Translations under genes and position numbers: made by a program
Source of the DNA: an uncultured Candidatus Saccharibacteria bacterium
GTDB taxonomy: Bacteria > Patescibacteriota > Doudnabacteria > UBA920
Reading direction: 5' to 3'
Length of the DNA: 64,000 nucleotides
NCBI GenBank assembly: GCA_964617815.1
Contig: CAZTXY010000003.1
Span: 473 to 64,472 of the forward strand
Shown: positions 9,217 to 17,124 of the stretch, piece by piece
Numbering within the stretch: position 1 is the stretch's first letter
Layout of the letters: each line of letters starts with the position of its first letter
The notes under the pieces: model-generated
The model's input: the letters and a program-made list of their open reading frames with translations, nothing else
What the model was told of the DNA's origin: nothing
Databases searched by the model: none

Positions 9217-10386
9217 TCACCGGATGTTAAGTGACTCTCCCTTAAACTCGAGATACTTCGGGAGGATGACCACTCTCTTGTCAACGCTCCTTTTGATGTA
9301 TCCAGCCTTGATTGCATCAAAGTTGTAGTCCTGGGCGATCATCATGGCCTTGCTTACATCTGCCTTCGATATGTAGATAGCAAAGCCTGCGCCCATGTTC
9401 AGATTGCCGAAGGCTTCCTCATCGCTGATTGGGCCATGCTTTTGAAGGAACGCGAAGATTGGTTGTTCTTTCGGAAGCTCCTCGATGATGTACCGAAAGT
9501 TACGGTTCGCGCGCATCAGCTTGCGCCACCCGTGGCCGGTGATGTTCACTGCGTAGTGAATATCAACGCCCCACTTCTGGCATTCCTCCATGAACTTCTG
9601 GTAGATGCAGGTTGGAGTCAGAAGCGTTTCGCCGTAGGTACGACCGTCTGAAAGTTCGGTGAGGTAGCCCTTGGGCAAAGCATGCAGGGGGAAGGACTGC
9701 GGCAGGATGAGGTTACTGAATTTACGCCAAAAGCCATCCTTTCTGTCGCCGATTGATCTTGCCAAGGTCAGGCCGTTGGCGTGAATGCCAGAACTCCCTA
9801 GGAGAATTATGACATCACCATGCTGGATTTTATTTTCCGTGATCAGCCGACTCTTTGGTTCAATGATCCCGGTAGCTGAGCCAGAGATGACTGATTTTCC
9901 GGGGATGATAATGTCTTTGAGAGTCGGCGTTTCGCCGCCACCCCAGACACACCCACTGAGCATGCAGGCTTTTTTCCATCCATTGATGAGATCTATACTT
10001 CGCTGTTGGTTGCCGAACCAGCTTGATTCGCCGACGGCCAAGTGCATCATTACAGACACTGGCATTGCACCGAGCGTGATGATGTCGTTGATGATCATCG
10101 CCATAGTGCATTGCGCGACTTGGTCGTAGTACGACTTGCCGGTCAAAGCGCTCATCTGGTCTGCGACGATGTTCTTGGTACCGAGGCCCTCTTCGACGTG
10201 AGCTAGGATTACCTGCGGCATTTCGACGAGATAGGCGCTTTCGCCACGGCTCATCGAGATTTCATAAAAGCCGAAGCGCTCGATGTTCGGAGCTGTTTCC
10301 AAGCCAGCGGCCAATGCTTGCCGTTTGAACGGATCCATGGCGCCGTAGTCAACGCCCGTGCTAGCGTATGTCATGTTCTCTGTCAT
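9217..10386 (-). CDS. AIR synthase-related protein (PurM-like; probably phosphoribosylformylglycinamidine cyclo-ligase)
   Basis: The N-terminal GVDY...VILAHVEEGLGTK resembles the PurM VLxSGTDGVGTK ATP-binding loop. 389 aa. GC-rich. Confidence 0.55.
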   Translation of the reverse strand: MTENMTYASTGVDYGAMDPFKRQALAAGLETAPNIERFGFYEISMSRGESAYLVEMPQVILAHVEEGLGTKNIVADQMSALTGKSYYDQVAQCTMAMIINDIITLGAMPVSVMMHLAVGESSWFGNQQRSIDLINGWKKACMLSGCVWGGGETPTLKDIIIPGKSVISGSATGIIEPKSRLITENKIQHGDVIILLGSSGIHANGLTLARSIGDRKDGFWRKFSNLILPQSFPLHALPKGYLTELSDGRTYGETLLTPTCIYQKFMEECQKWGVDIHYAVNITGHGWRKLMRANRNFRYIIEELPKEQPIFAFLQKHGPISDEEAFGNLNMGAGFAIYISKADVSKAMMIAQDYNFDAIKAGYIKRSVDKRVVILPKYLEFKGESLNIR

Positions 10387-10423
10387 TGTCTTTCCTCCTG
10401 CGGACAGATGGGTCAGTATCCAA

Positions 10424-10447
10424 TTTTAAATCCCACTACAATTAGTG
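10424..10447 (-). terminator. Intrinsic terminator after the NUDIX gene (tcccactaattgtagtggga then tttaaaatt on the minus strand)
   Basis: 8-bp stem followed by a U-rich tail. It shares the gggattRagWctgg tail motif with the hairpin at 9084. Confidence 0.5.
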
Positions 10448-10509
10448 GGATTAAGACTGGTTTTACTTTAGCTTAAACGTTTACAAAAATCAAGCAAAAT
10501 ATAAAAAAG

Positions 10510-10965
10510 TTAAATATATCCAAGTCGTGTAAAGAGTTCTTTCGATGGCGGCGTAATTTTAACGTCTTTTAGTTCTGATATGTTTATCCATTGATAGCTA
10601 GCTAGGTCATCATTTAACGACACTATAATCTCATCAGCATTTTTATCTGTAATATTGATTTTATAGACACTAAATGTCATCTCGCACAGCACTTTTTCAC
10701 CAGTGTCTAATGTTTTTTCAGATTGACCTGTACCTTTGTCGTCAACTAGTTCGATTGGGTAAATTGAAATGTCTATGCCTGTTTCTTCTTGGATTTCTCT
10801 GATCAGTGCTTGTTGCTCAGTTTCATTTTCTTCTACGCCTCCACCAGGAATATGCCAGCAGTCGATATATACGCCGCCGGACTTTGGATCACGCATGCCT
10901 TGAAATATCTTCTTATCTTTGGAAAATATTAACGCTGCAACAATTTTTCTTTGTATAGTTCGCAT
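10510..10965 (-). CDS. NUDIX hydrolase
   Basis: Nudix box GGGVEENETEQQALIREIQEETGI (Gx5Ex7REUxEExGU). Confidence 0.8.
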   Translation of the reverse strand: MRTIQRKIVAALIFSKDKKIFQGMRDPKSGGVYIDCWHIPGGGVEENETEQQALIREIQEETGIDISIYPIELVDDKGTGQSEKTLDTGEKVLCEMTFSVYKINITDKNADEIIVSLNDDLASYQWINISELKDVKITPPSKELFTRLGYI

Positions 10966-10977
10966 TTAAAAATTTAT

Positions 10978-11020
10978 TGGTGGCCGAGGAGGGAGTCGAA
11001 CCCTCACACCTTGCGGCGTC
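10978..11020 (-). pseudogene. tRNA 3'-half fragment: diverged copy of the tRNA-Leu variable arm, T-arm, acceptor 3' strand and CCA
   Basis: Its reverse complement reads ...gccgcaaggtgtgagggttcgactccctcctcggccacca. No complementary 5' acceptor strand is present, so it cannot fold as a tRNA. It is about 80% identical to the 3' end of the adjacent tRNA-Leu. Confidence 0.6.
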
Positions 11021-11050
11021 CCGCCATAGGCGGGATGTGTCTTGTGCAAA

Positions 11051-11137
11051 TGGTGGCCGGAGAGGGAGTTGAACCCTCATGACCTTGCGATCGCTGGCAC
11101 CTGAAGCCAGTGCGTCTGCCAGTTCCGCCATCCGGCC
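11051..11137 (-). tRNA. tRNA-Leu (anticodon CAG), type II with long variable arm, CCA encoded
   Basis: Hand-folded. Acceptor ggccgga/tccggcc; anticodon stem ctggc/gccag with loop ttCAGgt; variable arm gatcgcaaggtcat; T-arm gaggg ttcaact ccctc; 3' end cca. Confidence 0.8.
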
Positions 11138-11183
11138 ATCATTTATATAAGACTTCAGCCATTAGTATAGTGCACTCAGCAAG

Positions 11184-12827
11184 CTATTTCCAAGAGCGGG
11201 ATGTGGAGATGTACCAGTTGGGGATGTCGTAGACTCGGTAAGACGAGTCTAATAATGTTGTTAAGTTTATGCCTTGAATTTTTTTATCTAACGCGTAAAT
11301 ATAAATACTTTGGTTTAAGAAAACTGCCGGGACGTTTTCGCTAATTAGTTGGCTAATGCGTTGATATTTTTGAGCTCTTAATGTGGTGTCAGTTGTGGCC
11401 CGGGCCTCACTCATTAACTTGTCTGCTTCGGCGTTACTAAATCCTGTAACGTTTACCCCAGGATTTTTGCTTTGGCTTGAATGCCAAAAAACAAAAGGGT
11501 CAGGGTCAGCGTCAAGTTTTTGTGGAAGGACAAGGGCGTCGAACAAGCGAGGGCGAATGATATTGTCGGTTAACTCTTTATTAGAAAAAACGTTGACTTT
11601 TATATTAATTTGCAAAGCTTGCCATTGCTTGGCCAGATTTTCTGCTGTATTAGCATTGAGGGCAAAATCGCTAGTAGCTAAAGTTATTTCAAAGTTAGTA
11701 TTGTTTTTAGAACGAACTGTAGCACCACTGGCAACCTTCCAGCCTGCTTGGTCAAGCAGGGCTTTAGCTTGCTCTATATTAGTAGGTTGTTTTGGATTTT
11801 CCAAAAAACCAATTTGCTCTGGCAAGAACGGTTCGTTGAGAGCACGAGCGTTACCACCAAAAACTTCTTGGACAATAGCGTCTTTGTTTGTGGCAAGGAG
11901 TAGAGCTTGGCGCACATTTTTATCGCTTAAAATTTTATTGTTCAGATTAAAGAACACAGCTTGGTACTGGGGGATAGGGAGGCGCAAGACAGTTAAATTC
12001 TCTCTGTCTTGGTCAATGTATAAATTGCGGTCAAGTGGCAGGTAACCCAAACCTTCAATTTCCTTGCCTTGAAAAGCATTGATAAGGTCTTCATTGGTTT
12101 CGTAAAAATTAAAACGAAGGGTGTCGATATTCGGAACTTGCGCGTAATATTTTTTATAGGAGTCAAGGGAGATGGACGTTACTTGGCCGGATGGTAGTTT
12201 TTTTATTTCGCGAACCATATATGGTCCACTACCAATAGCTTCAAGGTTGGCGCTAGAGAGGGCAGCAGAGTCAGAGTTTATTTTCGACCAGATGTGTTCT
12301 GGGGCAATGGGTAGGGTTAGATTATTTACAAACGGCGCGTATACATCTTTGTTAATAAAAACAACGGTGCGATTATCTCTTTTTTCAACAGTTGTATTTA
12401 GCCATTTATTGCGAAGGGGGCTTTTGTAAGCAGGGTCTTGAATAGTCTTTACTGTAAAAACAACGTCGTCTGCAGTTACTGGGCGGCTGTCATGCCACTG
12501 GGCATTTTGTCGTAGCGTTACTGTGTATTCGTTTTGATCACCACTAATAACTGGCATGCTTTCGGCTAAGTCCGGAACAAGTTCTGCTTGGCTATTGTAT
12601 TTATAGAGTCCAGAAAAAATTAAACGGCTGAGGGTGAGGTCCGTTCCTGAAGAGGCGAACAGAGGATTAATTAGTCTTGGTTGGCCAATTAAGCCTTCGA
12701 TGTATTGGCCACCTTGTCCTGGTCCTATACTTGTATTGTTAACATAAAATATCCAAACATTGCTTATGGAGCTTACAGCTACAAGACCAAGGAGGCTCCA
12801 GGCAATGATTTTTTCGGTTTTGCCCAT
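11184..12827 (-). CDS. ABC transporter substrate-binding protein, family 5 (OppA/DppA-like), N-terminally membrane-anchored
   Basis: Length and family-5 SBP features. The start is placed at MGKTEKIIAWSLLGLVAVSS (TM anchor) because the longer ORF would overlap secG. Confidence 0.7.
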   Translation of the reverse strand: MGKTEKIIAWSLLGLVAVSSISNVWIFYVNNTSIGPGQGGQYIEGLIGQPRLINPLFASSGTDLTLSRLIFSGLYKYNSQAELVPDLAESMPVISGDQNEYTVTLRQNAQWHDSRPVTADDVVFTVKTIQDPAYKSPLRNKWLNTTVEKRDNRTVVFINKDVYAPFVNNLTLPIAPEHIWSKINSDSAALSSANLEAIGSGPYMVREIKKLPSGQVTSISLDSYKKYYAQVPNIDTLRFNFYETNEDLINAFQGKEIEGLGYLPLDRNLYIDQDRENLTVLRLPIPQYQAVFFNLNNKILSDKNVRQALLLATNKDAIVQEVFGGNARALNEPFLPEQIGFLENPKQPTNIEQAKALLDQAGWKVASGATVRSKNNTNFEITLATSDFALNANTAENLAKQWQALQINIKVNVFSNKELTDNIIRPRLFDALVLPQKLDADPDPFVFWHSSQSKNPGVNVTGFSNAEADKLMSEARATTDTTLRAQKYQRISQLISENVPAVFLNQSIYIYALDKKIQGINLTTLLDSSYRVYDIPNWYISTSRSWK

Positions 12828-12943
12828 TAAAGAAAAAACTTTCCGTAAGGAGGAAAGGTTGAGCTTGCGAATCTGTTTGAAACCGGTTAAGGTTTGTCTA
12901 CAGAACGATATGAAACTTTGATATTGAATATTCACAAAAATGT

Positions 12944-13213
12944 TTAATTGCGCAAGATAAGGTTGGTGATGCTTAGACCAACAAACAAAAGTGCTAAAAC
13001 AATGGTTGCATAAAAAAGCCATTTGTCAAAACCGCGACGTGTTTGGACGACACCGCCCCCGCCGCCAAAAATGTTGGACAAACCTGCAGATTTATTTTGC
13101 AAAGACACAACCATAATTAACAGTACCATAACGGCCATGTTTATAATTGTGAGGATTTGATCGAGATTTATATTCTTAAATGACATTTGGGTAGGGATTA
13201 AAGACTGCATCAT
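12944..13213 (-). CDS. secG: Preprotein translocase subunit SecG
   Basis: Two TM helices flank a Gly-rich loop (SAGLSNIFGGGGGVVQTRRGFDKW), the SecG signature. About 80-89 aa. Confidence 0.65.
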   Translation of the reverse strand: MMQSLIPTQMSFKNINLDQILTIINMAVMVLLIMVVSLQNKSAGLSNIFGGGGGVVQTRRGFDKWLFYATIVLALLFVGLSITNLILRN

Positions 13214-13252
13214 TATACTAATTTTATAGTGGTCGTGTCAATAACGACTAGA

Positions 13253-13290
13253 AACTAGTTACTAGTATCTAGTCACTAGTAGAGGCAAGG
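13253..13290. repeat. TAGT-heptad array (aaC TAGTTAC TAGTATC TAGTCAC TAGTAGA) in the divergent secG / RNHCP intergenic region
   Basis: Four or five 7-bp units built on the ACTAGT palindrome. Confidence 0.55.
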
Positions 13291-13304
13291 GATATACTAC
13301 AGAT

Positions 13305-13613
13305 ATGATTCAATCCAAAAAGTTTCAGAGAACTAAAGAAGATTTTAGCTGCACTCATTGTGGACAGGTTGTTTTTGGTACAGGGTACACAAACCATTGT
13401 CCAAAGTGTTTGTGGAGTAAGCATGTAGACATTAACCCAGGTGATAGAGCTAGCGAATGTAGTGGAATGATGACACCAGTTCAAGCTGAGTTTAAAGCCG
13501 GGGAGTGGGCACTGCTTCATCGCTGTGAGGTTTGCGGGTTTGAGAAAAAAAATAAAACAGTGCCTGATGATGATTTAAATGCAATTTTAAAATTAGCAAC
13601 TAAGTTGCTATAG
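13305..13613 (+). CDS. RNHCP-domain zinc-ribbon protein
   Basis: CxxC...YTNHCPKC...CxxC arrangement, 102 aa. Confidence 0.5.
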   Translation: MIQSKKFQRTKEDFSCTHCGQVVFGTGYTNHCPKCLWSKHVDINPGDRASECSGMMTPVQAEFKAGEWALLHRCEVCGFEKKNKTVPDDDLNAILKLATKLL

Positions 13614-15485
13614 ATATTTTTTTATAATTTCAGCTTTGGATTTGCCGACGAGGTCGGTTAGGATTTGAAGTGAGGCTGTGCGAATGTTTGCGACACTGCC
13701 AAGTTTATTTTTGAGCAGTTTTTTTGTTTTGGGGCCAATACCTGCTACTTCATCGAGTGCGGATTTGACTGCTTGCTTACTGCGCAGTGCGCGATGAAAA
13801 GTAATGCCAAAACGGTGAGCTTCGTCGCGCAGGCGTTGGAGAAGTTGAAGCGCCGGTTGGTCGTGGTCAAGGATAATTGGTTGTTTTTTTCCGGGGACAA
13901 AAATTTCTTCAATGCGTTTAGCCAAGCCAATGACCGGAATTTTTAAACCTTTTTCTTTTAAGACTTTGACTGCTACAGAAAGTTGCCCTTTGCCGCCGTC
14001 TATAACTAGAAGATCCGGCGTTGGCCAGGTATCTTTGTTATTAGCACTGTCATTCTGAGGTGCATCCGAAGAATCTCTGTTTTTGTCATTGAGATCCTTC
14101 ACTCCGTTCAGGATGACAGTAGGTAGGGGGGTACTTCTCGCCAATCGGCGAGTCAGCATCTCTTCCATCATGGCAAAGTCGTCTGGCGTGGACTTACCGG
14201 TAATTTTGAATTTGCGGTATTCGGACTTTGCCGGCAGGCCATCAATACAAACGACCATACTCCCGACAGGGTTAGTGCCTTGGATGTTGCTTATGTCGTA
14301 GCCTTCTATTCTTTTGGGAATTTTTGTTAAGCCAAGCACAGTTTGCAGTTGCTTTAGGGCAGAGTTTATGACATCGCGATTGTCTGCTTGGCTCCGTTGC
14401 CATTTTTGTAAATATTCTTGCGCATTGGTTTGGCCAAGTTTAACTAGGTCGCGCTTTTTCCCCCGCGTAGCTATCTCTATAGAGATTTTTGTTTTGCTTC
14501 TGGTTCGTAGCAGGAGGGCTATTAGAGCTTCGTTGGTCGTGCCACTTTGCAAAATAATGAGTTTGGGCAAATTGGAAGTGTCGGCGTAATAATTTTCTGC
14601 AAATTTTTGCAAGACGTCGCTATCTTGCGTATTTGATTTTATATTATAGATAAAACTTTCTTTGTCGATAAGTTTGCCCGCGCGAATTTTAAATAAATTT
14701 ACGCTACCATTAATGCCTTCTCGGAAAACTGAGATAATATCCCAAGAAACTTTTTTTGGCATAATGGCGATTTGGCGTTCTTGCAAAATATCTAAGCTGC
14801 TGACTTGGTCACGCAGGCGGGCTGCGCGCTCAAACTGTTTGCGACGACTCGCGCTTTGCATTTGGGTTTTAAGTTGGCTTGTAATTTTAGCAGTTTGCCC
14901 GGAAAGAAACAGAACAATGTTGTTAATTTGTTCTGCGTATTCAGTAAAAGTTATGTTTCCTACGCACACACCGGGACAGCGGTGAAGGTGATAGTAAAAG
15001 CAAGGGCGCTTGCCGACTTGGTTATTGCTACAAAATGGAAAAATTTTTCGAACTAGATCGAGCGTAGTTTTTATTTTTTTAGTCGAGGAGTATGGTCCGA
15101 AATATTTTATGCTCCCGCTATTGTTTTCAACTTTGCGTGCATAGCTAATTTGCGGAATTTGCGTGGAGTAGTCAATGGTAATAAAAGCATAATTTTTATC
15201 ATCTCGTAGTTTAATGTTGTATGGGGGAGTGTATTGTTTAATTAACGTGTTTTCTAAAAATAAACTTTCCAGTTCCGTCTGGACTACAACATAGTCAAGA
15301 TCTTGGGCTTCGCTAATCAAAAAGGGCAGTTGAACGCGCGTGTCCTGACCGCTAAAATATTGAGCTACTCGCGATTTTAAGTTTTTAGCTTTGCCCACGT
15401 ATAAAACATCACCGCTAGCACCTTTGAATAAGTACACTCCTGGCTTGGCAGGCAAGTCTTTAATTTTTTCTTTAAGAGAGTTCAT
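13608..15485 (-). CDS. uvrC: Excinuclease ABC subunit C
   Basis: N-terminal GIY-YIG domain (KPGVYLFKGASGDVLYVGKAKNLKSRV), UvrBC-interaction region, C-terminal RNase-H-like and HhH domains. It contains an in-frame 25-codon insertion encoded by a palindromic repeat element. Confidence 0.9.
   Translation of the reverse strand: MNSLKEKIKDLPAKPGVYLFKGASGDVLYVGKAKNLKSRVAQYFSGQDTRVQLPFLISEAQDLDYVVVQTELESLFLENTLIKQYTPPYNIKLRDDKNYAFITIDYSTQIPQISYARKVENNSGSIKYFGPYSSTKKIKTTLDLVRKIFPFCSNNQVGKRPCFYYHLHRCPGVCVGNITFTEYAEQINNIVLFLSGQTAKITSQLKTQMQSASRRKQFERAARLRDQVSSLDILQERQIAIMPKKVSWDIISVFREGINGSVNLFKIRAGKLIDKESFIYNIKSNTQDSDVLQKFAENYYADTSNLPKLIILQSGTTNEALIALLLRTRSKTKISIEIATRGKKRDLVKLGQTNAQEYLQKWQRSQADNRDVINSALKQLQTVLGLTKIPKRIEGYDISNIQGTNPVGSMVVCIDGLPAKSEYRKFKITGKSTPDDFAMMEEMLTRRLARSTPLPTVILNGVKDLNDKNRDSSDAPQNDSANNKDTWPTPDLLVIDGGKGQLSVAVKVLKEKGLKIPVIGLAKRIEEIFVPGKKQPIILDHDQPALQLLQRLRDEAHRFGITFHRALRSKQAVKSALDEVAGIGPKTKKLLKNKLGSVANIRTASLQILTDLVGKSKAEIIKKYL
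14046..14120. repeat. MITE/REP-like palindromic element, copy R3, inserted in frame inside uvrC (encodes ...NGVKDLNDKNRDSSDAPQNDSANNKD...)
   Basis: TIRs cactgtcattctgagg / ttcaggatgacagt. 75 bp = 25 codons with no stop. The coordinates map to UvrC residues about 456-481, just before the conserved LLVIDGGKGQ block. Confidence 0.7.
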
Positions 15486-15581
15486 ATATAGTAGTATAGC
15501 CTACAGAAGTTTTTGGCTAAAGGCTGGACAAGGTAGTATACTTGTGTTAGATTGTTTGATCGCCTAAGGAGGGGCGCTTCA

Positions 15582-15821
15582 ATGATTTCTCTGGTCCTGC
15601 TGTCAGGTCTCGACGATGAGATCTTCGCAATTCTGTGGTCGTTGGCCGTGTGGGTCTGCGACTACGTTCTGCCAGCCCTGGCGTTGGTCTACATTTTGTA
15701 CTGTGGGTATCTCGTGGAGCTACCTCAGTACATCTGGGCAAAGATCCGACGAGTCCTCGAGATTGGCTTAAGCCTGTTGGTCGGTCTCGTGGGCTTCGTT
15801 CGAAACATGCCGCATGGGTAA
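15582..15821 (+). CDS. Small membrane protein, 79 aa (GC-rich cassette)
   Basis: SD aaggagg, 9 nt, then ATG. Two hydrophobic helices. A possible 31-aa hydrophobic micro-ORF follows at 15827..15922. Confidence 0.4.
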   Translation: MISLVLLSGLDDEIFAILWSLAVWVCDYVLPALALVYILYCGYLVELPQYIWAKIRRVLEIGLSLLVGLVGFVRNMPHG

Positions 15822-16078
15822 CGACGATGTTTCGACGACTTGTCATAATCTGGATTACCTACGCCCTCGTCATGCTGGTCATTTTCCTGCCCTTGTGGTG
15901 GGAGAGCCGGCGTCACCGCTAGAAGAAGTCATTTTCCGGAAGGTCTTGGTTGTAGCCCTCTGCTACATCCAAGACCTTTTCGCTTTATTGACTTGCGATG
16001 AAAACTTGGAGCATAATAGGGTACCTTCAGGCTGAGGCTTTGAAGAAGTCACAAAAAAAGTTAAAGGAGGCGCTGGCT

Positions 16079-16846
16079 ATGACAAACCAGTGGGATGGAA
16101 AATCGGAAGTCTTTGGCAATTCTAAGCTGGCGTCATTTGATGATCGCCTCGCAAAGAATATTGCTGAATTATGGGAGAGTCTGCGTGGTCCTCTGGCAGA
16201 TCCGGAGAACAGGCGTTCGTTTAACGAGTTGGTTTCAGACTTTGCCCGTGCAAGACATCTTGGCGGGACGACTCTGCTCGTAGAGTTTTTTCAGTTTTTG
16301 CAGGGTTTGGAAGCAGAGATGGAAAGAGTCATTGTTAGGCAAGCTCGATTTTTGGAGGAGAATCAAATTTGGTTGGATTTAGTCTTGGCCGACTATATTC
16401 AAGCTTTGTTTACAGGAAATGAGGACGAAGGCGTCAAGCAACTTGAGGTGCAAGAGGGTTGCTTGGTTCGTTTGGTTGCTAGTTTCATTGAGATTCAAGT
16501 GGCCGACCATTTTGATCCTGTGTTTACTCAGCAGCTGGATGAAACTTTTGTCTTAAAGCTTTCAGTCTTGCTAGACCAAGTTATTGGCCAGGCTTTTGTC
16601 GAGGAAAGAGACAGGCCAGTAAATGTAGTAAAGCTAAGATCTCTAGGACAAGGCGGAATTACAGAGCCAATCGAGTCGTTGTTGTTTGACTACTTGCGAT
16701 CTGTTTGGACGCTGTATCAGCTCACAGACAATGTTCAGGGTTCCCCTGGAATGCGCTACTATAGACAGACCAAGATGGTTGAAGAAGCGCTGGATCGAGT
16801 GGTTTGTCGTTGCAGGTTTCTTGTGAGTCAATCAGAGTTTTCTTAG
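16079..16846 (+). CDS. Hypothetical protein, 255 aa (GC-rich cassette)
   Basis: SD aaaggagg, 8 nt, then ATG (MTNQWDGKSE...). Followed by a terminator hairpin at 16876. Confidence 0.45.
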   Translation: MTNQWDGKSEVFGNSKLASFDDRLAKNIAELWESLRGPLADPENRRSFNELVSDFARARHLGGTTLLVEFFQFLQGLEAEMERVIVRQARFLEENQIWLDLVLADYIQALFTGNEDEGVKQLEVQEGCLVRLVASFIEIQVADHFDPVFTQQLDETFVLKLSVLLDQVIGQAFVEERDRPVNVVKLRSLGQGGITEPIESLLFDYLRSVWTLYQLTDNVQGSPGMRYYRQTKMVEEALDRVVCRCRFLVSQSEFS

Positions 16847-16875
16847 GATTGCTCTGGTTTCCACAGATCGAATTG

Positions 16876-16913
16876 TGTCGCGCCCCATTTATGGAGCGCG
16901 ACATTTCTTTTCT
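16876..16913 (+). terminator. Intrinsic terminator (tgtcgcgc...gcgcgaca then tttcttttct)
   Basis: 8-bp GC stem followed by a T-rich tract. Confidence 0.6.
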
Positions 16914-17124
16914 AGTTCTAAAAGGCTAAGAGTTGGTTCATAGATATTGATTTCTCTTGACCCATCCTTCGTCCCGCTTTGCGGGACAACGGAGGGCGGG
17001 ATTCCTGAATGCTCGAGGTCGGCATTGCTATAAAGCCTATATATTTACTTAGCGCCTTGAAAAGTCTTGACATATGTGCTAGACTTGTTTCTAGTTTTTC
17101 ATTCATGTAACAGGAGTCTTTTTT

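Noticed and set aside
10978-11047. A second complete tRNA gene next to tRNA-Leu
   Set aside because: Only the 3' acceptor/T-arm/variable-arm half is present. There is no complementary 5' acceptor strand and no D-arm or anticodon arm. It is called a tRNA fragment, not a gene.
11383-12045. 220-aa plus-strand ORF inside the substrate-binding-protein gene
   Set aside because: It is antisense to a 548-aa gene with coherent SBP architecture. The ORF is low-complexity and has no start context.
17068-17120. LexA/SOS box upstream of uvrA
   Set aside because: There is a ctaga-N6-tctag palindrome, but it matches neither the Gram-negative (CTGT-N8-ACAG) nor the Cheo-box (GAAC-N4-GTTC) consensus, so it is not called.
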